A stretch of DNA of 63,202 nt, filler included, from Octopus bimaculoides (taxonomy: Eukaryota), in assembly GCF_001194135.2 (NCBI RefSeq). It is 6 parts of 5 records of this genome, joined end to end, with 100 filler letters (N's around TTAATTAATTAA, not from the genome) between each part and the next. Parts side by side here need not be neighbours in the genome. Positions count along the whole stretch, not along the records: positions 7,401 to 36,786 come from NC_069004.1; 5 more parts are not named here. The stretch is one strand, 5' to 3'. A program made the position numbers and the translations under genes. Positions 12,023 through 24,660 of this stretch are shown here, one piece after another. Within the stretch, counting starts at the first letter, position 1. Each line of letters opens with the position of its first letter. The notes beneath the pieces were generated by a model. It saw nothing but the letters and a program-made list of their open reading frames with translations. It was not told where the DNA came from and did not search any database.

Positions 12023-12947
12023 TATATACACATACATATTATGTATATATATATATATATGTATGTATATGTATGTATGTATATTAAATATTCACATATA
12101 ATGCGAATAATATGCATATGATATACGAATATTACATTGTATGTGTGTGTGTGTGTGCGTGCGTGCATGCGTATACATATAACTGCGTGTTTTGTCTGTA
12201 TACATACATAAATATATAAATATACATATATATATATATATATATATATGGCATACAAACATTATTATATGCACACACACACATATACATATATATATAT
12301 AAATATATATACATTCATGTGCGTGTATGTGTGCGCATAAGAAACTAGTCCGTTGGAAAATCTGTGCGTGCACACACATACACACGCACAACAGGAGCAT
12401 TGAAGCTGAATGTCGACAGAGATCGCTTCGAAACCATATATGCCCGCTGGTTCACAGCTGCTGCTTGACACCGTTGTGAAATGCTCTTTTGTAGAAACTC
12501 AAGTCGATCTATGCTTAATGAGTAAAGATCAGTTGACGGAGACTGTGCAGAAGCCTGTCGAATGGGTTATACTTTTTGTCACAAAGTGTAACATGTTGAT
12601 TCTATTTTGAAGTTACATTACTGTTAGACATATCTGAAGAAAATTGATTTACTTAGTTAAGTAGATAACTCGGTTGATCATACAACTGACATCTTATTGC
12701 CGATAACTCATATACTCTGTCCGGTAATCTTTCGACAGATATCTGTGACCTCTTCAGCGACACTGCACTTGAGTTAAAATAATAATATAGGAACAGTAAT
12801 AAATGAGTGAAGAAAAAATCAAAATATGGTGCGTGTGTTTATTTTGCAAAAAATATATAGAAAAACATGACCGTCTCGAAATACAACAATATCTGTTTCA
12901 ACACATGATTTCACAGCAGTAATCGTGCGAATTGATAAGAGTATATG

Positions 12948-12999
<52 letters not shown>

Positions 13000-13132
13000 C
13001 ATGCATACATACATGCATACATACGTACATACATACATACATACGTACATACATACATACATATATACATACGTACGTACGTACGTACATACATACATAC
13101 ATACATATAGGCATATAGATAGATAGATACAT

Positions 13133-13181
<49 letters not shown>

Positions 13182-13783
13182 AAGAGAGAGAGGGAGAGAT
13201 ATAAAACAAANNNNNNNNNNAGAGAGAGAGAGAAAGAGAGAGAGGGAGAGATATAAAACAAAACAAAAAATGGAACAAGAACGTAACAGGCGACAACAAA
13301 ATATCCGAACAGTTAGACGATACAAAGAAGGACAGGAAAAAAGCAACGACGACTCATTCGGACCGTTCTATCGTCAGTCGAGTTCCAGATCATCTCTGCG
13401 GTTTCCGCCGGTTACACTCGAGACTGTTTCAATCTGGCCGGCCCCAAGAAAATCTAAGCTATGTGCACTAGATTCTTTGGCAGAAAGCAAGCGAATGTAT
13501 ACGAAAACAAGGATGAAGAAGACGGAGAAATCGTCCCCACAAATATAAACAACAAGACATTAACTATGAACAACGGCTGTCTTTCGACTAATGACGAATT
13601 AAATTAAGCTAGCAGATGTGGAGTGAAGCCTTGGCGTTTTATTGAAACTATAGGGACTTCACAAGCTTACTCATCGTTTAATAAGCGATCAGCTGCCATG
13701 TTACTCACTACTGTGTGATGATCGATGGACTCATCGATCATCAGACAGTAGTGAGTAACATGGCTGCTGAAACATTGAGCAAT

Positions 13784-13819
<36 letters not shown>

Positions 13820-14931
13820 NNNNNNNNNNGACTACATTTAGCATATAAGGAACCCGGAACCATGTGGTTGGGAAGCAAGCTTTTTACCACACGGCCACGC
13901 CTGCACCCACATTTGTAGTTTATCAGTTTATTTAGTTCTCTGTCTGCGTATCTATCAATGAACCAAGTTGGCTAGACATAGGGCATTCTGGATATTGACT
14001 GAGGAGGAAATCAGCTACTAATGTTCCGTGTGTCTTCTTTGTCTTAGAAGTTATCGTCAAGTTTTCCGTATGCTGGGATTTTTCTTGGTACTCCGCTGGT
14101 CATGTTTTCTCCTTACAGTGCTCTTTCTGTTCTATATTTTTCTTTTCTTTCTTTTTTCTTTCACTTTTTAGTCATTCCACTGTGGCCATGCTGGACCACC
14201 GCCTTTAGTTGAACAAATCGTCCCCAGGACTTATTCTATCAGTTATTTTGCCGAACCGCTAGATTACGGGTCCTAAACACACAATCATCGGTTGTAAAGC
14301 GTTGGTGGGGGACAATCACGGATACACAAATACATGCATACATACATACATACATACATGCATGCATACATGTATACATATATATCACACGGGACCTTGA
14401 AGATTGCTAGAAAGCAGGAAAGTATACTAGTCCTNNNNNNNNNNNNNNNNNNNNNNNNNNNNNNNNNNNNNNNNNNNNNNNNNNNNNNNNNNNNNNNNNN
14501 NNNNNNNNNNNNNNNNNNNNNNNNNNNNNNNNNNACTACTACTACTACTACTACTACTGCAACCACGTTTGCAGTTTCGGCTGCTACCGGCGCCGTCATA
14601 AACTTTATGGCTTCGCAAACGCTCACCCACTTTTATCTCTTTCTTCACGTCGCCGATGTCCGCTCGGATGCCTCTACGAAACCATGGCATAGATTTAGCG
14701 ATAGATTTACCTACACCACACATATATCAGATGCTACCCAGATTAAGAGAGAACCGTGTATGGAACAGTGTAATGTTCACTCAGCTATCAACCACCGCTC
14801 ATATAAATACACTCGCTTACTCGCCTTTTAGTTCTTCCCCCTTTCTTTCTCTCTCGTTCTTTCTTTCTCGTGTGTGTGTGTGTGTGTGTATGTATACATT
14901 TAAGTGCATATATATGTGTGTGTGTATATTC

Positions 14932-14971
<40 letters not shown>

Positions 14972-14979
14972 TTAAGTGC

Positions 14980-15026
<47 letters not shown>

Positions 15027-15253
15027 ATATATAGGGGTTATGAGAGGTATTGGTGTCAAGAAGACCCAAAGGTGTTAGGTAATGCTGAGTAAGTACTATG
15101 GACAGACAATAGTTAAGATCCAGGTTCGGTGATTATGCGAATGAGGTGTCCAACGTAGATCATTTATTAGCATGCATATATATAAAAATTAACAGAATGA
15201 GGTTAATAAAATCCAAGATTGTGAATAGTTTTCAGAGCATTTATAAAGAGAAG

Positions 15254-15301
15254 GTCTTACGGCTGTTTCCGGAATATTTTATATATTCCTTCATCAGAGA
15301 C
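15254..15301 (-). ncRNA. Candidate minimal type I hammerhead ribozyme with intact catalytic core
   Basis: Minus strand: GTCT CTGATGA A GGAATAT-ataaa-ATATTCC G GAA ACAGCCGT A AGAC; 4-bp stem I, perfect 7-bp stem II, near-palindromic stem III (ACAGCTGT with one change), GUA triplet. Confidence 0.75.
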
Positions 15302-15315
15302 GGTGTGAGAAAATG

Positions 15316-15482
15316 TTTAAGTAATAGTTATTATAGAGAAGATATGAAATACAAAGTGAAGTGGAGGAATGGAAACAGACGTGAGATACAATATTCTTAC
15401 GTATCACACGTCTGTTTTCCTCTACTTCACTCTGCACTTCACTCTGTATTTCATATATTCTCAATAATAACTCTTGCTTAAA
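15316..15482. repeat. Foldback element immediately 5' (minus strand) of the hammerhead
   Basis: 15316-15389 and 15401-15482 are reverse complements (gaaacagacgtgagatac / gtatcacacgtctgtttt; tttaagtaatagttatt / aataactcttgcttaaa). Confidence 0.85.
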
Positions 15483-16320
15483 NNNNNNNNNNNNNNNNNN
15501 NNNNNNNNNNNNNNNNNNNNNNNNNNNNNNNNNNNNNNNNNNNNNNNNNNNNNNNNNNNNNNNNNNNNNNNNNNNNNNNNNNNNNNNNNNNNNNNNNNNN
15601 NNNNNNNNNNNNNNNNNNNNNNNNNNNNNNNNNNNNNNNNNNNNNNNNNNNNNNNNNNNNNNNNNNNNNNNNNNNNNNNNNNNNNNNNNNNNNNNNNNNN
15701 NNNNNNNNNNNNNNNNNNNNNNNNNNNNNNNNNNNNNNNNNNNNNNNNNNNNNNNNNNNNNNNNNNNNNNNNNNNNNNNNNNNNNNNNNNNNNNNNNNNN
15801 NNNNNNNNNNNNNNNNNNNNNNNNNNNNNNNNNNNNNNNNNNNNNNNNNNNNNNNNNNNNNNNNNNNNNNNNNNNNNNNNNNNNNNNNNNNNNNNNNNNN
15901 NNNNNNNNNNNNNNNNNNNNNNNNNNNNNNNNNNNNNNNNNNNNNNNNNNNNNNNNNNNNNNNNNNNNNNNNNNNNNNNNNNNNNNNNNNNNNNNNNNNN
16001 NNNNNNNNNNNNNNNNNNNNNNNNNNNNNNNNNNNNNNNNNNNNNNNNNNNNNNNNNNNNNNNNNNNNNNNNNNNNNNNNNNNNNNNNNNNNNNNNNNNN
16101 NNNACATATATATCATCCAATTTAGAGAAAAATTTGTAGTTTAGAATCAGTAGTTCTTTGACTGCTGTTTCTGAATTTTCTGTATGTTGGAGAAGCAACT
16201 CAATTGCTAATCCCTTATATTTATGATGATATATATATATGTATGTATGTACGTATATATATATGTGTGTGTGCGTGTGTATACATATATACATACATAC
16301 ATACCTACATGCATACATGT

Positions 16321-16480
16321 ATGGTGTTACCGTGTGGCAAGAAGCTTCTTTTCCAGCCATATGGTTCCTTGTGCAATCCTACTGCGTAGCACCTTGGACA
16401 AGTGTCTTCTACTCTAGCCTCGGGCTGACCAAGGCCTTGTGAGTGCATTTGGTAGATGGAAACTGAAAACCCATTGTATA
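16321..16480 (+). mobile_element. tRNA-derived CORE-like SINE ('family B')
   Basis: Degenerate tRNA head, then caccttggacaagtgtcttctactctagcctcgggctgacc...ggtagatggaaactg; matches 33306-33485 (-) and 50870-51030 (+). Confidence 0.75.
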
Positions 16481-17361
16481 TTTGTGTGTGTGTGTGTGTG
16501 TGTATTTGTGTTTGTGTGCCTGCTTCTTTATTTCTAATGCTATTACTGAAGCCGCCATTCACTGAGGCTTTATTACTGCGCCATATTACATTACTGCTTC
16601 CAAAATCTTAATGACTGACAATATATCAGTGTTCTGGAACAAACTTAAATCATTTGTAATCACACAGATCCATGATCAATTTTAGTGCCATCATATTTAA
16701 TGTAATTATCTTAAGAAATCTAATTAAATAATAATCCTTCACCCAATCATTAATTATATATTTGATTAGATGCTGATAATTACAGGTGACAACTGAAGAC
16801 ATGTTCCGGCCTTATTAGTCCTTTTTGATGCAGTTACCAGTTTAATGAGAATCACTGTACAATAGTATGGATACATTAAGTGGTGTCGTGAAAGGTGGCG
16901 AATTGAAAGAACTGTTAGAACATTAGATAAGCTGCATAGCAATATTTGATGCGAAACTGCACCCCGCGTTCAATTCGCAGTCGAATGTGTCTTTCATCTT
17001 TTGGAGTCGATGAAATAAAGCATCAGTCATGTACTGGTGTCGATGGTAACGCCTGTCTCCCTTCACTCAAAACCGATGTCCTTGAGACAAAATTTGAAAC
17101 CATTTTTATTACCAACCTAAAGGCGACGAACTGAGATAATTGTTAGCCCGCCGGACAAAATACCTAGCGGCATTTCATCCAGGTTTATGTTCCTCGTCCA
17201 AATTTCGCCGAGATCGACTTCAGCTTTCATTCTTCAGATGCCGAGAAATTTAGTACCAGTCGAACCCTGGAGTCCATTTAGGGATTCTCCTCTTCCCCAA
17301 AATTTAAAACCTTGTACCTATAAGATTTATTATTATTATCATTGTTGTTGTTATAATTATT

Positions 17362-17431
<70 letters not shown>

Positions 17432-17480
17432 TAGTAGTAGTTATAGGACTCATGTTACTCCTCCAGAAATTAAAGAAACA

Positions 17481-17658
17481 ACAAAGAAGAGTGCGACTGT
17501 TATTAAGTGAACAATATTTCGACATCTCGTGTGTCTTCCACAGGTTCAAAAATAAAATTGTCAAATTAAGTCGATTGACAAGTTTATTTTTTAACCTGTG
17601 GAAGACACACGAGATGTCGAAATATTGTTCATCTGGTAACAGTCGCACTCTTCTTTGT
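17481..17658. mobile_element. 178-bp near-perfect palindrome built from two inverted hammerhead-like motifs (A6U variant)
   Basis: Each arm reads (TG/T)AAC CTGTGGA A GAC-acacgagat-GTC GAA ATAT T GTTCA; motifs at 17508-17548 (-) and 17592-17631 (+); termini acaaagaagagtgcgactgtta / taacagtcgcactcttctttgt. Confidence 0.8.
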
Positions 17659-17674
17659 ATTATTATTATTATTA

Positions 17675-17724
<50 letters not shown>

Positions 17725-18225
17725 GAGTGAGAGAGCAGTGCATGCCATCAAAGTGACAATGGAGTTAAATATACGAAGCCCAGTATACCCATCATGACTA
17801 CCCGTCTGATAAGGGTACACCAGGCACATGCATCACAACCATATGTGCGTGACATGGTGATCTCATATCAAGATAAACAGCGCATGACCTCGCAGGTGGG
17901 GCCCAGTTAGTATTTTCTTCAGGTCGAGTAGCCTATCCCGCTCAAAAAGTCCCTGAATAAGGTTTGTTTAAGGATGTTGAACAAAACATCCATGTTTCCA
18001 AAGGTGCTCCCCCACTACTTCTGCTCATGATCAGAGATGCACAAATCGTCAACCACCAAGGGACATAGTCAACTGGTTAAGGTCAAACAACTGACAAGCA
18101 AATCTGTGGTATTAAGTAGAATATTTGCTGTAGCCCATCTTTTTATACCAAGACAAAACAATGTACATGGTAACACTTCCAATCAATGAAGATCAGAAGT
18201 CATGATAGCCAGTGCCTGGTAGTGA
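17725..18225 (-). mobile_element. Unclassified interspersed repeat ending in (TAA)n on the minus strand
   Basis: Non-coding, directly abuts the (TAT)n array at 17660-17724; recalled as an abundant octopus repeat, class inferred. Confidence 0.5.
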
Positions 18226-18227
18226 CC

Positions 18228-18560
18228 ACAATGAGTAAGTAGTGATCATTGCTTACTCATCGCAAAACTCAGATTCAAACCAAACGAATCATGCAGAGCG
18301 ACATTAGAAATCAGCATTTTGATGCGACCAAATTCAATGATTATACAATTAAGAAACGGTTTCAAATAATTCTCCACAATCGTTTCCGTGCATTACAAAC
18401 CAGTGAGAATGTAACAATTGAAAATTTCAACCATTTCCTTACAGACACAGCTAAAGAAACTATTGTGTAGAGAAAAAAAATCCCAAATCTGAATGGATAT
18501 CAATAGAGATATGGGAAATCAGAGATAAAAAGGAAATAAATAAAGGAACTTCTCACTTCT
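18228..18560 (+). mobile_element. RTE-type LINE fragment (end of endonuclease and linker)
   Basis: Reads SSDHCLLIAKL...FDATKFND..IKKRFQIILHNRFRALQ...SEWISIEIWE. Confidence 0.7.
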
Positions 18561-18572
18561 CAATCACTGGTA

Positions 18573-18644
<72 letters not shown>

Positions 18645-18646
18645 GC

Positions 18647-18810
18647 CGGCAGAATCGTTAGTGCGTTGGACAAAGTACTCAGCGGTATTTAGCCTTAAGC
18701 TACGTTCTGAGATCAAATTCCGCCGAGGTCGTCTTTGGTTTTCATCATTTGGCGGTCGATAAATTAAGTAACAGTTGATGCAATCGACTATCCCCCTCCC
18801 CAAATTAAAA
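18647..18810 (+). mobile_element. Family A SINE, old copy
   Basis: ggcagaatcgttag...gttctgagatcaaattccgccgaggtcg...gtcgataaattaagta. Confidence 0.75.
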
Positions 18811-18821
18811 GATTATTATAA

Positions 18822-18874
<53 letters not shown>

Positions 18875-20294
18875 GCGTGCTTTGACTTCACCACCGGGCG
18901 CAGCTCTGTGTGCCTTGAGTATGTGCTGTGGTTTGCTGTGATGCTCTTATGGTTAATGTATTGAAAGTGTCTTTATTATTATTATTATTATTATCATCGT
19001 TATTATTAGTAGTAGTATTAGTATTAGTATTATAATAATTATTATTATAATTAGGGTGGCGAATAGACAGAATGGTTATTACGCCGGTGAAAATGCTAGG
19101 CAGCATTTCTTCCATCGCTTTATGATCTGATTTCAATTTTCGCTGAGATCGGTTTTTGCTTTTGATTCTTTCGAGTCGATGAAATAAGTACCTGACTACG
19201 TTTACAGTATCACTATCTCCATATCAGCTCGCCTGGATTTCCCTTATAACTACTCTTGACTCCGTAGACCTAATCCTCAACAAAGATTTCAGTGTTTAAC
19301 TTTAAATCCACCTGTTTTCTCTACTAAGCATCTCTAGATCTCACCTTTTGAGTGTATATATGTATATATACGAGAAGATTCCACACAGTTTCTTTTTTAT
19401 CAAATTCATTCACAGGACAGTACAGTAGAAATTACTTGCCCGAGTAACCGCGCAATGAAACTGAACCTGAAAACCCCATGTGCTTCCAAATCGAGCTGGT
19501 TAACCACATACCCAAACATATGATCTTTGAGAAATAATTTGGCTGTTATTTCTAGCAGGTTGTGTGACTTCTTAAACGTTATATCGTTTACAAGACTATA
19601 ATTCGTTTATTATTCTGTTGAACTTTTATGCTCTAATTCTGAGCTGGAAACAGGAGAAAATATCTATTCACCATTCCTGCTGGACGCCATTTTTTATGCA
19701 AACACGTAACATTGTTAGCGACAACAACGACCAAAGAAAAAGAGAAAAGAAAAAGAGAAAAGAAAAAGAAACAAGCAAATAAATGAAACAAATAAATATA
19801 TCTAACAGATAGATTATTGTGGCCGACAGATATATTCTATTCTCAATGGAATAAACTGTTCGGAATAGAATAATGCTACGTTATTGTAATCTTCATACGA
19901 AACAATGGCGGTGCAATACATAAAGCTATATTACTATAATTTTCTTATTGCCCTTGTTGTTGTTGTTCTGGTGGTGGTGGTGGTGGTGGTGGTGGTNNNN
20001 NNNNNNGTGCCCGCATTGGCGGTGGTGGTGGTGGTGGTGGTGGTGGTGGTGACAGTGGTGGAGGTGGCAGAGGCAACAATAGTGGTGGTGGTAGCGGTGG
20101 TGTTGCTGGTGGTGGTGGTGGTGGTGATGGTGGTGACGGTACCGCTGCTGTTATTTTGCTTGTTATTTTGGTGTTATGGTATTGGCGTTTAGCCAGTGCA
20201 TCATCTTTGACATGGCAGACCAGGCTGGCAGAATCGTTTGAGCATCGAAAGTTATGTTATGCAGTATTTGCGCATCACCCGTTATTGCTGTTGC

Positions 20295-20363
<69 letters not shown>

Positions 20364-20371
20364 CATTATTA

Positions 20372-21120
20372 TCATACCCAGCTTATTTTGCTGGGTATGA
20401 TGGAAAGTGTCAGCTGTCCACAGCCAGCAGACTAAGGTGACACTTGTTTACTGGTCATGCTTAAAGAACCCTGCGAAGAATTCTTGCAGTTCCAAGCAAT
20501 GCTGATTTTAGTAGGTGTTCTATCTTTACATTTGTAACAATGTTTTTAGCCATGTTCCTAGTTGAGCGCTGATACTTCCAAGTGCACCAATTACTTTTGG
20601 TATCACGTCTACTCTCCTTATTGGTCACAACCTTCGTGTTTCCCACTTTAAATCGTGATAGTTGTTTACTTTTTCTTCTTTTTCAATGATCCTGTTGTCA
20701 CCGGGGCATAGTGTGTCGATTATCATGCATGTTGTTACTTTTTTATTTACCACAACAATACCCGGTTTCCGATGTCTGGTTATGTAATCGCACTGGATCA
20801 TTGCATCCCACAGGATTTTGCAATTCTCATTCTCAGTGACTCCATCTGCGATTTGCTTATACCACGTCTTTGCTCTTTGTAGGCCGTGTTTTCCACAGAT
20901 CTCCCGATGGAATTATTGTCACATTATCATGGTGTCTTGTGTATCGCGTCGTGACTATTTCGAACATTCGCTAACGATGGCATACCGTTTCACCCCTCTC
21001 ACCACACATTCTGCAGCCACCGGTCCTCTGTATCTATTTCCGCGTTCACATCTCTTGCAAACTGACTGTACATTTTTTTTTCTTTCCATGCTTTTTCTTC
21101 TTTGGTGTTCATTTGTTGTT
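20372..21120 (-). mobile_element. R4/Dong-like (RLE) non-LTR retrotransposon 3' fragment abutting (TAA)n
   Basis: Minus frames read KTWYKQIADGVTENENCKILWDAMIQCDYITRHRKP and KIEHLLKSALLGTARILRRVL; 3' UTR ends in an 11-bp stem-loop followed by (TAA)n. Confidence 0.8.
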
Positions 21121-23919
21121 TAAATTTTTCTTTCATTGCACAATTTTCAGTTTTGCTGACGCCGGCATTATTATTATTATCATTTCCTGTCTAGGTTAGA
21201 CCTTTCTATTCTTGTAAGACAATGTTGCACATTTATTGTATTGTTTTTCAAGTCCTCCGAATATCCAGAGACATCTAATAATGAGCAAGCCAGTTGGTAA
21301 CCCAACTCGTGATTTGGACGGTTCTACTATCACAGAAACAGGATTTCACATTATATATGATCTTTTATATTATATTTTTTCCGTTAGACCACTCGAAGTA
21401 TATGCAGTTTAAAGGAGGCTGATATTTCAAACATGATATAACGAGCGATTAGAGAAAGGAGAGTCTTCTTCGAGAATATACTCAAATTTCTGCGAAAATC
21501 TCATTGTTTGGAATCGAGTAATCAGTAAAAAAAGTATATATATATATTTTCTGCACTCGACAAAAAAAAAACAAGAGGAACAAGCGAAAAACCAGTTTTC
21601 GACATACAGAATTTCGGTCACGTTTAGGTGGAACATCCGCTCGAAGTAACGTTCATAGGTCTGTTAGCTCAGTATTATTGTTCGTTGTATAAAATGTGTT
21701 GACACTAACTTATCTATTGCGCCAGTCAGTGACCGAGTAACATCGATCAGCTAACACACCATATATAATGATTGAACAACTATTGAACTTTCGCTTTCAC
21801 TTTCACTTTCGTTATGGCTCTCTCACACTTTCTGAACGTTATGTAGTGGAGGGTGATGTGCTGCTCACTTAGTGTTTTGCTTGTGGTGGTGGGGGGCGAG
21901 GGGTGAAGGTGAAGACCATGGAGTTGTTGGGAAAGTTTATGTGATATTGAATAAGCGAAATTGATGTCATCTTAAATCTCCTGCAAATATTTCCATGTGC
22001 ATTATTTATTGCCACCTTGGTTGACCATGCGTTTATCAATATATGTACATAGGTATGTATATGTGTGTATGTGTGTACGTGTATGTGTGTGAGTGTGTGT
22101 GTATCTTTGTGTGTGTATATACATGCATAGATGTATATATATATATATATATATATATNNNNNNNNNNNNNNNNNNNNNNNNNNNNNNNNNNNNNNNNNN
22201 NNNNNNNNNNNNNNNNNNNNNNNNNNNNNNNNNNNNNNNNNNNNNNNNNNNNNNNNNNNNNNNNNNNNNNNNNNNNNNNNNNNNNNNNNNNNNNNNNNNN
22301 NNNNNNNNNNNNNNNNNNNNNNNNNNNNNNNNNNNNNNNNNNNNNNNNNNNNNNNNNNNNNNNNNNNNNNNNNNNNNNNNNNNNNNNNNNNNNNNNNNNN
22401 NNNNNNNNNNNNNNNNNNNNNNNNNNNNNNNNNNNNNNNNNNNNNNNNNNNNNNNNNNNNNNNNNNNNNNNNNNNNNNNNNNNNNNNNNNNNNNNNNNNN
22501 NNNNNNNNNNNNNNNNNNNNNNNNNNNNNNNNNNNNNNNNNNNNNNNNNNNNNNNNNNNNNNNNNNNNNNNNNNNNNNNNNNNNNNNNNNNNNNNNNNNN
22601 NNNNNNNNNNNNNNNNNNNNNATATATATATATATATACACACACACATATATATATATTAATATATATACAAGTGTATATGTATGCATGTGTATAAATA
22701 AATATGCGTACACACACATGCGTACAAGTGCGTATATAAATACATACGTACAAACAGATTTGCATAAATATAATTTTCTATTTTCCATTAACCCTAAGTG
22801 CTGAAAGAGGTTATTAACGTTGCAGTTCGCGACCAAACTAACTTACCGTGCGGGCCTGACCCTTGTAAGTAATTTGACAGAGATGTCAAGGACCAGCAAT
22901 CACGACTTAGCAATTTCAGTGCTTATTAGTCTCTTCATGAATTGTGTATTAGCTTTTATTCTACGCAACAAGTTATTCAAGCGAAGTAGCAGCGACATAT
23001 TATTAAACATCACACCGCCATTATATCTCCAGAGTGTTCGGGTTTTGGATTGAATACATCGAGGCGCTTCGAGATTATCTAGACGGTGCTATGTATCTTC
23101 TGTGATTCGCTTGTTTCAAGTGATTACACTGCGGCCATGCTGGGGCACCACCTTGATGAGTTTTTAGTCGAACGAATGGACACCAGTACTGTTTGTTTGT
23201 TTGTTTGTTTTTGAGCCTGGTATTTATTTTGTAGGGGTTTTTTGGCCGAACCACTAAGTTACGGGGACGTAAATAAACCAATACCGGTTGTCAACCTGTA
23301 GTGGATAAGATGCGAATATCAAGTTGACCCAGGTTGCCTCCATGTTGGTCCTTGCCATGTTGGTAGAGTATGAAGGACTGTTTTTTGTCGTCATATTGTC
23401 TCAATTGTACATTATATGCAAGTACATGGATTAATTCGGTCGTTTAAAATCTCACCGTGCGGTGCCCCAACATGACCGCAATCCAATGACTGAAACAAGC
23501 AAAACATAAAACAATAAAGATACAGATCTGAAAATGAGATCAGAGTTTGATTACTCTTTGAAATGGGTCTCGTTGTATCTCATTCTATGTTACAAACATG
23601 AAAATAATCTCGTTTTTGTGTTAGGTTTGCAATATTCTTCATTCATGTTCAAGATTCGTGCTGAAAGGAAATTTTACTGTATCTAGGTTGGGTCATTACG
23701 CTCTGGTTCAATTTCACTTCTTAATTATAAGTGAATTAGTTAGTTATTCAACCAACTAATTAATCGATTGTTTCATTAATCATTCGATTAATCAATGAAT
23801 GAGTTGTTTATCAAATTCCTTTCATCACCATTTGTTACCTCTTTAATGAAGTACCCTCCTCTCTCTTCCAAATTTGCTTCATAGCTGTCTACCACCTAAT
23901 TAATATTTATGTAACCGAA

Positions 23920-24130
23920 GACGGCGAGCTGGCTGAATCCTTAGCACGCTGGGCGAAATGCTATGCGACATTTCGTCCATCTTTATGTTCTAAGTTCAAA
24001 TTCCACCGGGATCGACTTTGCCTTTCATCCCTTCAGAGTCGATAAAATAAGTACCAGTTGAACACTGGGGGTTCATTGAATCCACTTAGCTCCTCCCGCA
24101 AATCTACTGCCCTTGAGATAAAATTTGAAA
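23920..24130 (+). mobile_element. Family A SINE
   Basis: gacggcgagctggctgaatccttagcacgctgggcgaaatgc...gtcgataaaataagtaccag...aaaatttgaaac. Confidence 0.8.
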
Positions 24131-24494
24131 CTAATATTTATGTAATTGTATGGTTATATATATGCGAATCGTCGTAAGCGACTACAATTCTTGACTTGTT
24201 TCATTTACAAAACATTGAGAACCTACCAACCGAGCGTTGGTTTTTCTTATTTTTAATATCACCTGATTTACAACACAGTTAAAAGTATTAGCAACGAGAA
24301 TTCACTTATTCGCCAACTATCGAGAAACGCTCATATTGTACGCGGACAAGTGTTATTCGGGTGCTAAAAATTGAAGCTTACTAACAGTAGGACTATATTC
24401 TATTTGTATTTCGTAACCAAAGTGTTTCTCTAATGTATTTTTCCAAAGCTATGTTATTGATATTCAAAATTACTGTCACAATATTATTTTTGTA

Positions 24495-24660
24495 AGGTGG
24501 CGAACTGGCAGAACCGTTAGCACGCCGTGCAAAATGCTTAGCAGGATTTGAGTTCAAATTCTGCCGAGGCCGAATTTACCAGTACCAGTTGAGAACTGGG
24601 ATCAATGAAACTAATTTTTCCCCACATCCCTACGTACCGGCCTCAGGCCAAAATTTGAAA
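24495..24660 (+). mobile_element. Family A SINE with internal deletion
   Basis: aaggtggcgaactggcagaaccgttagcacgccg...gagttcaaattctgccgagg. Confidence 0.75.

Noticed and set aside
14427-14723. Minus-strand ORF with charged, protein-like composition
   Set aside because: No recognisable homology; it runs into a (TAG)n repeat and a gap.
16430-16470. cttgtgagt...gatggaaactg in family B SINEs as a hammerhead relic
   Set aside because: The core is too degenerate and stem II does not pair.
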